DNA from: Bdellovibrionales bacterium
GTDB taxonomy: Bacteria; Bdellovibrionota; Bdellovibrionia; Bdellovibrionales; UBA1609
Direction of reading: 5' to 3'
Length of the DNA stretch: 64,000 nt
NCBI GenBank assembly: GCA_043764155.1
Contig: JAYUKW010000013.1
Location: forward strand, 59,683 to 123,682
This document shows positions 31,370 to 41,286 of the stretch, one piece after another; position 1 is the stretch's first letter; each line of letters starts with the position of its first letter. A program made the position numbers and the translations under genes. The notes under the pieces were generated by a model that did not search any database, was not told the origin of the DNA, and worked only from the letters and a program-made list of their open reading frames with translations.

Positions 31370-32683
31370 ATGATTATGAACTTTAATCAAATAAGTAAAA
31401 ATCCCAAATCAAATAAAATGCTAAATGAAATCTTAAGCGATAATTTAAATTGCAATTCTGCATTTGTTAACAAATCAAATAATCCATCTGATTTAAATCT
31501 AAAGAAAAACCACAGTTCCTTCACTACTTCAGATAAAATTTCGAATCCAAAACTGGCTAACAGAATATTAATTCGTGAGCATACAAACACAAGTCTGCAC
31601 GAACGATTAAAATATTTAGTTTTATCAGAAAGAAAATTACTAACGACAATTATTGATTACTTGGCAGAAGTTAAACGTAGACGACTTTACGCAGAGCTAG
31701 GTTATAGCTCTTTATTTAACTATTGTGTTAAGGAATTAGGTTATTCTGAATCGGCGACACTAAGAAGACTAAATGCCATTAAACTTGTTTCCGAATGTCC
31801 TGAAATTAAAGAAAAATTAAAATCTGGAGTTTTAAACTTAACGACAGTGTCTATGGCCCAAACATTTTTTCAAAAAGAGAAGAATTTATTCCAAAAAAAT
31901 AATTTATATTTAAATCCTGATTCGAGGTTACAAACGCAAGTGAATTTAAATTTTGGAATCAATGATAATAATTCAATCGACAGATCAAGTGTAAATGCGA
32001 ACTCAAATTCGTTCTTGACTAAAAACAACACAAATTCAAGCATCACAAATCTAGCCCAAAGAACTTCAATTTTTAACTCCCCTGCCGCTAAAATTAATTT
32101 TCTAGAAACCTTAGAGAACAAAACGATTCAACAAGTTCAAAATGAATTCGTCAAAATTTCACCATATGTAGCCAAATTCAATGAACAGCAAAAGCCCCTT
32201 ACCGAAAATCTTACGGAATTAAAAATTACTCTTAATAAAACCCAACTTCAAAAATTAAAGCGTTTGAAAGAACTTAGACCTGATTTTAAATCCACCGCTG
32301 AACTTCTAGAATGGTCCCTGGACCAAAGTTTAAAAAAATTGGATCCATTAATAAATGCTCAAGTTCATACCACCGTAACGGAGGTCATAACGACAACCTC
32401 AAACCCTGTTAATCCGAATTCAAAATCTAAACCCAGTCTATTAAATAAAAAAATCTCTTTAAAATCTCATGTTCATCTTAAATCTAATAGCCAGTGTAGT
32501 TTTGTTTCCGAATCAGGTCAAAAATGTCTTGAAACCTATGGCCTTGAGGTTGATCACATTCATCCAAAAGCCAAAGGCGGATCGAATAGTCCAAACAATT
32601 TGCGACTACTTTGCAAAGCCCATAATCAGTTTGAAGCCGTAAAACATTTTGGAGCTAAACAAATGGGATTTTATTTGAAATAA
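31370..32683 (+). CDS. HNH endonuclease with DUF222-like N-terminal domain
   Basis: N-terminal ER..L.EV..RRLYAELGYSSLFNYCVKELGYSE..RR. C-terminal C...C..LEVDHIHPKAKGGSNSPNNLRLLCKAHN. Confidence 0.88.
   Translation: MIMNFNQISKNPKSNKMLNEILSDNLNCNSAFVNKSNNPSDLNLKKNHSSFTTSDKISNPKLANRILIREHTNTSLHERLKYLVLSERKLLTTIIDYLAEVKRRRLYAELGYSSLFNYCVKELGYSESATLRRLNAIKLVSECPEIKEKLKSGVLNLTTVSMAQTFFQKEKNLFQKNNLYLNPDSRLQTQVNLNFGINDNNSIDRSSVNANSNSFLTKNNTNSSITNLAQRTSIFNSPAAKINFLETLENKTIQQVQNEFVKISPYVAKFNEQQKPLTENLTELKITLNKTQLQKLKRLKELRPDFKSTAELLEWSLDQSLKKLDPLINAQVHTTVTEVITTTSNPVNPNSKSKPSLLNKKISLKSHVHLKSNSQCSFVSESGQKCLETYGLEVDHIHPKAKGGSNSPNNLRLLCKAHNQFEAVKHFGAKQMGFYLK
32355..32385 (+). repeat. Family A motif, copy 4, in-frame within the HNH gene
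   Basis: ATGC-TCAA-GTTCAT-ACCACCG-TAA-CGGAGGT, encoding NAQVHTTVTEV. Confidence 0.85.
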
Positions 32684-32818
32684 AAATTTAATTTTTATTT
32701 CTGCGCTTCTAATCATGTTGTGATTTTATCCATGCCATATTGTAGCGCACCTTAGTTCCAATTTGGGTAAACAATGGGGACCTTCTGCAGTCTCATTTTG
32801 GCTGCTCTCGTGCAGCGT

Positions 32819-32867
32819 CTGTTTAGTTCACTCGTGGTGCTCTTTCAGCGCAATTCGTTGGCTCTTC
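32819..32867 (-). repeat. Degenerate family B element
   Basis: CTGTTTAGTTCACTCG matches the family B end (CTGTCTAGTTCACTCG) at 15/16. TCGTTGG...CTCTTC resembles the other end. Confidence 0.5.
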
Positions 32868-32986
32868 ACCCAACTCATAAAAACCTATTTCAGACTTCAT
32901 CTCTGCAAAGGTATTCTAGCCTCATCTACAGATATTCAAGTTTCATCCTGCTGGACTTACACCTTCACTCACGCTTACAATAAATT

Positions 32987-34678
32987 ATGGCGGTAAAACA
33001 TTCTATAGATAGTTTGATCTTAAAAAGTACAAGTTTGAATAAAGCAGAACTTCAATCTTTATTTCAAACGCGGATTTCTGGTGGGGCGACAATTCAGGTG
33101 CTACTTGAAAATTCCACCGCGAAAGCGCCGGATCAGTTGGTAAAACAACTTTGTGATATTCTTGGAATGGAATTTATGGCAGACATTCCAATTGGGGACA
33201 TCACGCCAGATTTAGTCAGAGACATCCCCATCAACTACGCCAAAAGCCAAGAAGTTCTGCCTTTTAAAGACGAGCGCACTCATATTAAAGTTTTAGTATC
33301 AAACCCATTAAATTACCGAGCGCTAGATGACTTAAAAGTTATTTTTGGCAAACCCGTTCACGCGATTGTGTCCACCACTCAAAATCTAAAAGACGCCATT
33401 AACCGCGTTTATGAAAAAAGCACCTCTAACTTTAAAGGCATCGAAGAGATCGGCGAAGAAGAGTACGACCTTGATGACCCCGTCATCGATTTACTTGATG
33501 CCGACGAAGGCGACGCCCCGGTCATTAAACTTGTGAATTCCCTTTTATTCAGGGCAGTAAAAGAAAAGGCGTCTGACATTCACATCGAACCCTATGAAAA
33601 AGATATGGCTGTTCGATTTCGTGTGGACGGAATTCTATTTGATATTTTTAAGCCACCGAAGAAATTACAAAACGCCATCACGTCCAGAATTAAAGTCATG
33701 GGCAATTTAAACATCGCCGAAAAACGTTTACCCCAAGATGGCCGAATTCCGCTGAAGCTTGCAGGTAAAGACATTGACGTTCGTCTGAGCACGTTGCCGA
33801 CGGCCCACGGCGAACGCATTGTTATGCGTCTTCAAGACAGATCCAATGTGATTTTAGATTTGGCCCAACTTGGATTTTCTAAAGAGTCCTTAGTTAAAAT
33901 CGACAAAGTGTTAACTAAAACTTACGGCATTATGCTGGTCACTGGACCTACGGGTTCTGGTAAATCTACGACGCTATACTCTTGCTTACAAAAAATAAAT
34001 TCCATCGATAGAAATATTTTAACGGTTGAAGAACCAGTGGAACAACGTATTCACGGCATTGGTCAAATTCAAGTGAATCATAAAATCGGCCTTACTTTTG
34101 CGGCTGGTTTAAGATCTATTCTGCGTCAAGATCCAAACGTGGTCATGGTTGGAGAGATTCGTGATTTAGAGACCGCGGAGATCTCAATCAATGCCTCACT
34201 GACGGGTCACATCGTACTATCCACCATTCACACCAATGACTCTTCAGGCGTGTTTCCTCGTTTGATAGACATGGGATGCGAGCCCTTTTTAATTGCGACA
34301 TCTTTACTTGGTGTTGTCGCCCAACGTTTGATTCGGGTTTTGTGTCCGATGTGCAAGCAAGTCTATGTGCCAACCACTCAAGAGCTTCAAACCATTGGCC
34401 TAAGTCCAAAAGATATTTCCAAGGCAAAATTCTGCAAGCCCGTGGGTTGTAACGAGTGCAATCAAAAAGGCTATTTAGGTCGAACGCTGATCGAAGAATT
34501 TCTAGATGTGACTGACGAGATCAGATCCTTAATCATGAAGCGAGAAGACGGCGGCACATTAAGAAAAATGGCCATCAAGCAAGGAATGCAAACCTTCAGA
34601 GAGCACGGAATTAAAAAAGCCATGCTAGGCACTACATCCATTCAGGAAATCTTAGCCAATACGCAAGTGGATTCTTAA
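32987..34678 (+). CDS. gspE: T2SS ATPase E
   Basis: ASDIHIEP, AEKRLPQDG, Walker A GPTGSGKST, LRQDP, tetracysteine motif. Confidence 0.96.
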   Translation: MAVKHSIDSLILKSTSLNKAELQSLFQTRISGGATIQVLLENSTAKAPDQLVKQLCDILGMEFMADIPIGDITPDLVRDIPINYAKSQEVLPFKDERTHIKVLVSNPLNYRALDDLKVIFGKPVHAIVSTTQNLKDAINRVYEKSTSNFKGIEEIGEEEYDLDDPVIDLLDADEGDAPVIKLVNSLLFRAVKEKASDIHIEPYEKDMAVRFRVDGILFDIFKPPKKLQNAITSRIKVMGNLNIAEKRLPQDGRIPLKLAGKDIDVRLSTLPTAHGERIVMRLQDRSNVILDLAQLGFSKESLVKIDKVLTKTYGIMLVTGPTGSGKSTTLYSCLQKINSIDRNILTVEEPVEQRIHGIGQIQVNHKIGLTFAAGLRSILRQDPNVVMVGEIRDLETAEISINASLTGHIVLSTIHTNDSSGVFPRLIDMGCEPFLIATSLLGVVAQRLIRVLCPMCKQVYVPTTQELQTIGLSPKDISKAKFCKPVGCNECNQKGYLGRTLIEEFLDVTDEIRSLIMKREDGGTLRKMAIKQGMQTFREHGIKKAMLGTTSIQEILANTQVDS

Positions 34679-34681
34679 ACC

Positions 34682-35899
34682 ATGTCAATTTATGAATACA
34701 AAGGTTTCACTAAGCAGGGAAAATCCGTCAAGGGTCAGGTGGACTCTGACAGTCAAAGAAATGCTAGAGTTAAATTAAAAAAAGACGGCATTTTTGTCAG
34801 TGAATTAAAAGATAAAGCGAAAGCCAAATCAGCTTCTGGTAAAAAAGTTGGAGCTAATAATTCAAAAGTAAATATTCAAGATTTATCACAAGTGACAAGG
34901 CAACTTGCAACCCTAGTTAAAGCCAATATTCCCCTTGTTGAATCTTTAGGGGCTATTTCCGAACAGACTGAAAATGCGGTTTTAAAAGAGGCTTTTTCAG
35001 ATCTAAGAAATGCGGTCAATGAAGGAAGCACCTTGCACAAGGGACTTCTTAAATATCCCAAAGTCTTTACCAATATTTACATCACCATGGTTGAAGCCGG
35101 TGAAGTCTCTGGAACCTTAGATATTATTTTAATTCGTTTGGCGGAATTTCTAGAAGCTCAACATGAACTTTCCAGCCGTGTCAGGTCTGCGATGATTTAT
35201 CCAGCCGTCATGATCACGTTTACGTTTTTAATTTTAATTGCCCTGTTTGTTTTTCTAGTACCAACAATGCGAGATATTTTTGAAGGTGAAGGCCAAGAAC
35301 TTCCCGCTTTATCTAAAGCCGTTTTTGGCATGAGTGATTTTATAACGACCTATTACATTCCTCTAATCATTGGAATCGTGGCTCTAGTGTTTATGTTTAT
35401 CTCTTGGAAGCGAAGTCCCGCGGGAAGTTTAGCATGGGATGGCCTTATACTTTCGTTTCCAATTGTGGGACGACTTGCACGACTAATTGCAGTCAGTCGA
35501 TTCACAAGAACTTTATCGACTTTACTTGCTGGTGGAGTTCAGATTATTGACGCCTTAAAAATTGTTCAGAACGTCGTGAATAATCAGGTCTTGGCGATTG
35601 CTATTGAAAATGCGGCCAACAACATTCGCGAAGGGGAAACCATTGCGGGTCCATTAAAAAAATCAGGCCAATTTCCACCCATCGTGATTCACATGATTCA
35701 TGTGGGTGAAAAGACCGGTGAGCTTGAAACTATGCTCACCCAAGTCAGTGAGTCCTACGACTTCCAAGTCAAAAATGACATCGATGGTTTGACGTCACTT
35801 CTCGAGCCCATACTGCTGGTCATGATGGGCGGCGTTATCGCCATCATTATTTTTGCGATCCTTATGCCTATGTTCGAAATGCAAAACTTCGCTGGGTAA
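34682..35899 (+). CDS. gspF: T2SS inner-membrane platform protein F
   Basis: TRQLATLV, MVEAGEVSGTL, AMIYP, GEKTGELE, LLEP. Confidence 0.95.
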   Translation: MSIYEYKGFTKQGKSVKGQVDSDSQRNARVKLKKDGIFVSELKDKAKAKSASGKKVGANNSKVNIQDLSQVTRQLATLVKANIPLVESLGAISEQTENAVLKEAFSDLRNAVNEGSTLHKGLLKYPKVFTNIYITMVEAGEVSGTLDIILIRLAEFLEAQHELSSRVRSAMIYPAVMITFTFLILIALFVFLVPTMRDIFEGEGQELPALSKAVFGMSDFITTYYIPLIIGIVALVFMFISWKRSPAGSLAWDGLILSFPIVGRLARLIAVSRFTRTLSTLLAGGVQIIDALKIVQNVVNNQVLAIAIENAANNIREGETIAGPLKKSGQFPPIVIHMIHVGEKTGELETMLTQVSESYDFQVKNDIDGLTSLLEPILLVMMGGVIAIIIFAILMPMFEMQNFAG

Positions 35900-35913
35900 G
35901 CTCACCGCAGGTG

Positions 35914-35985
35914 GAAAAGTTCCAGCGAGTTGGCAGAGGGTGCGAAGCCCCTCGAAAAGCCAACGAGTGAACTAGACAGCAAAAG
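35914..35985 (+). repeat. Family B nested-hairpin element (GCGAAGC core)
   Basis: GAAAAGTTCCAGCGAGTTGGCAGAGGGTGCGAAGCCCCTCGAAAAGCCAACGAGTGAACTAGACAGCAAAAG. Confidence 0.9.
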
Positions 35986-36088
35986 CAAGCCTGGCTAAAT
36001 TATTTTGTCACCAGATATTTGCCACAAATTTTATTTCAATGTAAGTTAATTACTTATAAAATTAAATTCTAAATCCAGGAGTTCTGCT

Positions 36089-36523
36089 TTGAAAAATACT
36101 ACTTTAATGACTGCCAAATCTCAAAAAGGTTTTACACTTGTTGAAATTATGATCGTGCTTGTGATTTTGGGCGGACTTTTTGCCTTGATCGGACCAAGTA
36201 TTTTTGGTCAAAAAGATCGCGCGAACCAAAGTATGGCTAAAATTCAAATCAGTAAATTATCAAGCGCAGTTGAATTATTTTATAATGACTGTGATCAGTA
36301 CCCTGCTGACTTAACTCAATTGGCCCAAAAACCAAGTGAAGATGTGTGTGAAAACTGGCAGCCGAAAGGATATGTCAAAAGCGAAAAAGAACTTAAAGAT
36401 CCTTGGAAAAAAGATTTCATTTACGAAGTTGAAGGCGGAGGATTTATCATTCGCTCCCTAGGAAAAGATGGCCAAGACGGCGGCGCCGAATACAACAAAG
36501 ACATCAGCTCCGAAGATTTGTAG
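36089..36523 (+). CDS. gspG: T2SS major pseudopilin G
   Basis: Prepilin site KG/FTLVE, YP, DPW, RSLGKDGQDGG..DI. Confidence 0.93.
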   Translation: MKNTTLMTAKSQKGFTLVEIMIVLVILGGLFALIGPSIFGQKDRANQSMAKIQISKLSSAVELFYNDCDQYPADLTQLAQKPSEDVCENWQPKGYVKSEKELKDPWKKDFIYEVEGGGFIIRSLGKDGQDGGAEYNKDISSEDL

Positions 36524-36527
36524 TAAA

Positions 36528-36638
36528 GAAAAATTCCAGCGAAGGCTTGCGAGGGTGCGAAGCCCCTCGTCAGCAAGCCGAGTGAACTAGACAGGGTAGC
36601 TGGAAAAGCGCAAGCGAAGCGCGCTAGACAGCAAAAGG
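36528..36638 (+). repeat. Family B elements (one full, one minimal)
   Basis: 36528-36593 full copy with GGCTTGC/GCAAGCC stem. 36602-36638 GGAAAAGCGCAAGCGAAGCGCGCTAGACAGCAAAAGG. Confidence 0.88.
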
Positions 36639-36646
36639 AATACTTT

Positions 36647-37486
36647 ATGCGTTTAGTTTTTTTTATATTTATTTTTTGTTGGTTAAATCCCAGTTTACTA
36701 TTCGCCAATCCAAATACAAAAAACTTAGTTGAGCCTTTAAAAAAAACAAATCCAGTTCAAGCTGAAAAAGTTTTACAACCACAAAATGTCGAAGTGAAAT
36801 TAAATCAGAACAGTTATGTTGAAAAAATAAATAATGGTTTTAAAAAAACTATTGCAATAGGTAAAAAGGGATTCTCACAAATAAATTCAATTCAAATGCT
36901 TACAGCTCAACGACGAGCAAAAAGACCACACAATATTATGGCATCCTACACTGGAGTTGCAACCTGGATTCCAAGTAAAATAGGACTAAGCTATACTTAC
37001 AGTCCAACGGCTATTGGAAGTTGGGAGCTTTCCTATTCCAGAGGTAAAATTTCTGCCCCATTTTTTATTTCAGATATAGGAACTGTTTCTGATTCGCATT
37101 TATCTTTACTGTACAGATCATATTCAAGAAGAAATACTTTTGCTGTTATTTATGGTCTTAATTATTATAAGTTTGATGCTCATCTGAGTAGTGAATTTCT
37201 GTCTTCAATTTCTAGTGGACCAGTATCAGATTACAATATACTTGCCGTTGAATCATTGGGTGCAACCATCGGATTTGGAAATCGCTGGCAATTAAAAAAT
37301 GGAATGTCCCTTGGGGTGGATTGGTTTCAATTAAACATTCCTCTTCATGTCTTTAAAACAGAAGCTAATTACTTATCTTCAAATGCAGATCCAGAAGACA
37401 AAAAAGATATAGAAAATGTATTAGATATTTTAAAACGAGTACCTACATTTTCGTTTTTGAAGCTCCAAGCTGGCTATACATTCTGA
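36647..37486 (+). CDS. Putative outer-membrane beta-barrel protein inserted in the T2SS operon
   Basis: Signal peptide, amphipathic beta strands, C-terminal AGYTF. Confidence 0.7.
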   Translation: MRLVFFIFIFCWLNPSLLFANPNTKNLVEPLKKTNPVQAEKVLQPQNVEVKLNQNSYVEKINNGFKKTIAIGKKGFSQINSIQMLTAQRRAKRPHNIMASYTGVATWIPSKIGLSYTYSPTAIGSWELSYSRGKISAPFFISDIGTVSDSHLSLLYRSYSRRNTFAVIYGLNYYKFDAHLSSEFLSSISSGPVSDYNILAVESLGATIGFGNRWQLKNGMSLGVDWFQLNIPLHVFKTEANYLSSNADPEDKKDIENVLDILKRVPTFSFLKLQAGYTF

Positions 37487-37512
37487 TTCATATAAGTTAG
37501 CAATAAATATTA

Positions 37513-37543
37513 ACCTCCATTACGGTGGTATAAAAACAAGCAA
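37513..37543 (-). repeat. Family A motif, copy 5
   Basis: + strand ACCTCCA-TTA-CGGTGGT-ATAAAA-ACAA-GCAA. Confidence 0.9.
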
Positions 37544-37598
37544 AATAATCACTCTACCACCATTGGACTCTACTTCAGAGTTCACTTAATATAAATTT

Positions 37599-38252
37599 GT
37601 GATCAATAAATTAAAATCTAAACCTACTTACACTTACAATTCAGGCTTCACTCTGATTGAAATTCTAATTGTTGTAGTTATTATTGCCGGGGTCTTTGCT
37701 ATTTTTGCTCCCAATTTTTTTACTAAGTCAGATCGTGAACTTCGTAGCGAAATCCGCCGGATGAGTTTACTTGCCAGGGACGTTAGAAACAGAGCCTTGA
37801 TAACAAAAAACACCCATAGAATTGTTTTTAACATTCAAAAAGACAGTGTGACTTTTGTCGTCGAAGAGGCCCAGGGCCGAGTTTTGTTAGATGACCCCGA
37901 TGATCGACTTAAATTTATTAACAGTAAGAAAAACTTTACCGATGCAGAGCTTGAAGCCTACATGAAATCCAATCCCTTTAAACCGGTAGAACGATTTTCC
38001 AAAAAAGGACCTTTAAAATTAGCTCCTGAACTCACAATCAAACAGATCGAACTTCAGGGCATTAAAGAGCAATTTAAATCCGGCGAAATCCAAATTTATT
38101 TTATGCCGGAGGGCTTTGTTGAACTTGCCGTCATTCAGGTCCAAACTAGAGACGAGGCGCTGAAATGGACTTTGGTGACCTCACCTTTAACTGGTTTAAT
38201 GGATGTGTTTGAAGGTCACATAAATATGCAAGCCGTTGAAGATAGGGAATAA
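37599..38252 (+). CDS. gspH: T2SS minor pseudopilin H
   Basis: SG/FTLIE prepilin site, F.PEG motif, operon position. Confidence 0.85.
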   Translation: MINKLKSKPTYTYNSGFTLIEILIVVVIIAGVFAIFAPNFFTKSDRELRSEIRRMSLLARDVRNRALITKNTHRIVFNIQKDSVTFVVEEAQGRVLLDDPDDRLKFINSKKNFTDAELEAYMKSNPFKPVERFSKKGPLKLAPELTIKQIELQGIKEQFKSGEIQIYFMPEGFVELAVIQVQTRDEALKWTLVTSPLTGLMDVFEGHINMQAVEDRE

Positions 38253-38352
38253 AATAATTTTTTCACTTAATTGTTTTATACAAACGAAGCCGAATTATTT
38301 CACTGCTTTTAATGAAGTCTATTATAACTTCATAAGTAGTAAGGATTTTAGA

Positions 38353-38970
38353 TTGAGAATAGACAATAAAAAAACAAACCTAAAAACTGAAACTCAGTTT
38401 TTTACTTTAGGCTTCACTCTTATAGAAGTTTTAATTGCCATTAGTATTCTAGCCACATTGGCTGTTATTATTCAAAGTTCTTGGAGTGGGAATTTAATTC
38501 GGTTTAAAAGCTCACAAATTAAAACTGAAGCCGTAGAGTTATTGCAAAAAAAAATCATCGAAATAGAAACAGAATATAAAGACAAGATAGAATCTTTGCC
38601 CGAGGAATTACAAACGGGTCAATTTGAAGAAGATGAGTATAAGAAATATAAATGGGAATGGAAAGCCCAAGACCTTAGTCTTCCTGATATCTCTTCGCTG
38701 GTTGCGACTGACGGGCAAGACACCATGGTTGTGACTGTCTTAGAAAATTTTAGAAAATACTTAAACGAATCCATCAAAGAAGTTCAAGTAGTTGTCACTT
38801 ATCAAACAGGTAAAGAGCGGCCCTATAAATTTACAGTTCCATTTTACATGGTGAATTACGACAACCAAATATCTTTGGGAATTACAGGCCCCGGTGGTCA
38901 ATCTATTGATAGCCTTCAAAATCAAGGGACTGGTGGTGGTAACACAACTGGCTCAGGACAACCCAAATGA
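38353..38970 (+). CDS. gspI: T2SS minor pseudopilin I
   Basis: LG/FTLIEV prepilin site. TTG at 38353 after AAGGA chosen over the longer ORF-track start. Confidence 0.82.
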   Translation: MRIDNKKTNLKTETQFFTLGFTLIEVLIAISILATLAVIIQSSWSGNLIRFKSSQIKTEAVELLQKKIIEIETEYKDKIESLPEELQTGQFEEDEYKKYKWEWKAQDLSLPDISSLVATDGQDTMVVTVLENFRKYLNESIKEVQVVVTYQTGKERPYKFTVPFYMVNYDNQISLGITGPGGQSIDSLQNQGTGGGNTTGSGQPK

Positions 38971-39983
38971 AAGGCTTTACTCTCTTAGAACTTTTAATTG
39001 CGTTAACTTTAATGGCTTTTGTTAGTTTTTTTACCGCACAAACAATGAAGTCTACAATGAACACCAGTAAAAAAATCCAAAAAGACATTGATGTGATCTC
39101 TGAACTTAAATCAGCCGTGAACCTAATCAAAGCGGATATCAGCCGCGCCTATAATTCTAGAGATTTGTATATCGCTATTTACAACGAAGCCCAGCGAGAA
39201 CACATCCGTCGTTGGCAAGAAGCGAAAACAAATCCTGCAGGTCAAAATCAAAAGCCCGTAGATCCTAATAATCCTAACGTCCCGGCCAATCCAACTCAGC
39301 CTGTATCACCAACCCAAGCCGCTCAAGATCAGTTGAATGCCCAGGCCCAACAGACCCCACCAGAATATAAACCCAGAGTGGATCTAGTTAAAACCCAATT
39401 TATTGGTGAAAAAGATAAACTTAATTTTACGTCTATCAACGGCAATGCGATTAGAAAAAGCTCTAACGCCAGCGAGCTGGTTGAAGTGGGTTACGAGATT
39501 AAAAAGTGTAAGCGTCGTGGTAAAGATCAAAAAGATACAGAATGTTTATGGCGAAGACTGTCTTATTATTTAGACGGCGAAGTTTTAGAAGGTGGCCAAG
39601 ATTCTGTTTTGATCGAAGATGTGACTCAGTTCGAACTTAAATATTTAAGAAAAATAAATTCTGATGAAACAGAATGGCGAGATAACTGGCCCTTAGAAGC
39701 CCCCGAAACCCAAAACCAATTGCCGATCGCTGTTGAATTAAAAATTGAAGTCACAAAATTATTAAGTAAAGACGGCGAAGAAAAAAAGAAAAAACGCACA
39801 GTAGCTTATATCCCAATTGATTTTGTTAATAACGAAAACATAAAAAATATCATCCAAATGAACACCCAGGGCAATCCCCTGGCTCCTCAAGACCCAAATC
39901 AAGCGCAACCAGGACAACAACAAGGCGGTGGTTTTAATAATGGCTTCGACAACGGCGGAGGTCAAATTGATGACGGATTTTAG
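38967..39983 (+). CDS. gspJ: T2SS minor pseudopilin J
   Basis: MKG/FTLLE, VGY, LWRR, W..NW, LP.AVEL motifs. Confidence 0.85.
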   Translation: MKGFTLLELLIALTLMAFVSFFTAQTMKSTMNTSKKIQKDIDVISELKSAVNLIKADISRAYNSRDLYIAIYNEAQREHIRRWQEAKTNPAGQNQKPVDPNNPNVPANPTQPVSPTQAAQDQLNAQAQQTPPEYKPRVDLVKTQFIGEKDKLNFTSINGNAIRKSSNASELVEVGYEIKKCKRRGKDQKDTECLWRRLSYYLDGEVLEGGQDSVLIEDVTQFELKYLRKINSDETEWRDNWPLEAPETQNQLPIAVELKIEVTKLLSKDGEEKKKKRTVAYIPIDFVNNENIKNIIQMNTQGNPLAPQDPNQAQPGQQQGGGFNNGFDNGGGQIDDGF

Positions 39984-41286
39984 AAAAAACTTAAATACAT
40001 TTTATGTTTTAAGTTCTGCGAAAAGGATTAGATTAAATTTGAAGAAATCACAGAATCAAACTGGCGTAGCTTTATTAATGGCCATTTTTTTTACAACCCT
40101 CATGAGCTTTCTTTTATTTGAAATCTCTAAAGAGACTTTATACGAAGCGATCTCTTCAACACAAAATGTTCACGAGCTTCGGGCTTATTATGCAGCCAAA
40201 GCAGGACAGGATTTAAGTTTGTTAAGAATCAAAGCCTTCCAGCAAATCAAACAACAAATTGAAGGTGCGGGCGATATGGCAGCCCCTTTTGTTGATAAGG
40301 CGAATATCATTTGGGAGTTTCCTTTTGTGTGGCCCCCTATTCTGCCCGATGAGGCGCAGTTAAATTCCAAAAATGAGCTTAAAGTCACATTGGCTGAAAC
40401 TTTTTTTAAAAAAGTAAATTACGCCCCACAGATCATTGATATGGGGGGACTAATTGATATTAACAATTTAGATTCGCCGTCTAAGGCTTTAAGGGATTCC
40501 ACCAAAAGTTTGATCATGGAGCTGTATCGAAAAAAAATTGAATTTGATGATGTTTTTTCTAAAGAATATAATCTAGATGAAGTTGAAATTGTTGTAAACA
40601 ATATGATTGATTGGATGGACGAAGATGTTGAATCCTTAAATGGTGGGTCAGAATCTACGCTTTATTCTTCAAGACAACTTAAAAACATTCCACCCAACGA
40701 GCACTTTAAAGTTTTAAGTGAAATCATGTTAGTCGAAGGAATGAACCCACAACTTTTTGAAGTCATTGAAAAGTCGATCACCACTTTAGGTAATCCAGGA
40801 ATCAATGTGAACACCGCAGAAAAAAATGTACTGATGTCGCTTGATCCACGAATGACCGATGAAATCGTAGATGAGCTGATCCGCCTCAGACAAGATATCG
40901 AGCACGGCCCCTTTAATGAATCTTTATTTAAAGATTTAATCCAATTGAAGCTTGGTGACTACGCTGAATTTAATCCTAGTAAAATTCCAATCCTATACAC
41001 AGCCGTCGCTAATTTTAGAATTGAAAGTGTGGGCGTATCTGGAAAAATCACAAAAACCATAATCGCCCACGTCTACGACCAAACAGAACTTTTAGAGTCT
41101 ATGGTGACGGGACTTAAAACGTCTTATGATGAAAAAAACCCGCCAGCAGTTCCAGCCACTCCGGCGGCAAACACAAACACCGATCCGAATGCCACTGGGG
41201 CTCCAAAAGCCACACCTGCTGCGAAAAAAACTCCACGGGTGATTCCAGCGGGACCACCGCCAGTGGTTTATAGAAAAGTATTTTAA
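39970..41286 (+). CDS. gspK: T2SS minor pseudopilin K
   Basis: G/VALL site, G.IDINNL, IDWMDED, INVNTA. Start placed at MTDFRK. Confidence 0.88.
   Translation: MTDFRKNLNTFYVLSSAKRIRLNLKKSQNQTGVALLMAIFFTTLMSFLLFEISKETLYEAISSTQNVHELRAYYAAKAGQDLSLLRIKAFQQIKQQIEGAGDMAAPFVDKANIIWEFPFVWPPILPDEAQLNSKNELKVTLAETFFKKVNYAPQIIDMGGLIDINNLDSPSKALRDSTKSLIMELYRKKIEFDDVFSKEYNLDEVEIVVNNMIDWMDEDVESLNGGSESTLYSSRQLKNIPPNEHFKVLSEIMLVEGMNPQLFEVIEKSITTLGNPGINVNTAEKNVLMSLDPRMTDEIVDELIRLRQDIEHGPFNESLFKDLIQLKLGDYAEFNPSKIPILYTAVANFRIESVGVSGKITKTIIAHVYDQTELLESMVTGLKTSYDEKNPPAVPATPAANTNTDPNATGAPKATPAAKKTPRVIPAGPPPVVYRKVF

Noticed and set aside
32701..32980. Group II intron, RNase P or tmRNA identity for the structured tract
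   Set aside because: Only short resemblances (e.g. GGTGTAAGTCC on the minus strand). No domain V, P4 consensus or tRNA-like ends were found.
32763..32996. 77-aa and 69-aa ORFs upstream of gspE
   Set aside because: Overlapping frames, no recognisable protein features or RBS. The region looks structured and non-coding.
35914..35985. Family B as a hammerhead ribozyme
   Set aside because: GAAA is present but there is no CUGANGA core in the required arrangement.
41253..41275. ACCACCGCCAGTGGTTTATAG at the gspK end resembling family A
   Set aside because: Wrong spacing, and explained by Pro-Pro-Pro-Val-Val codons.
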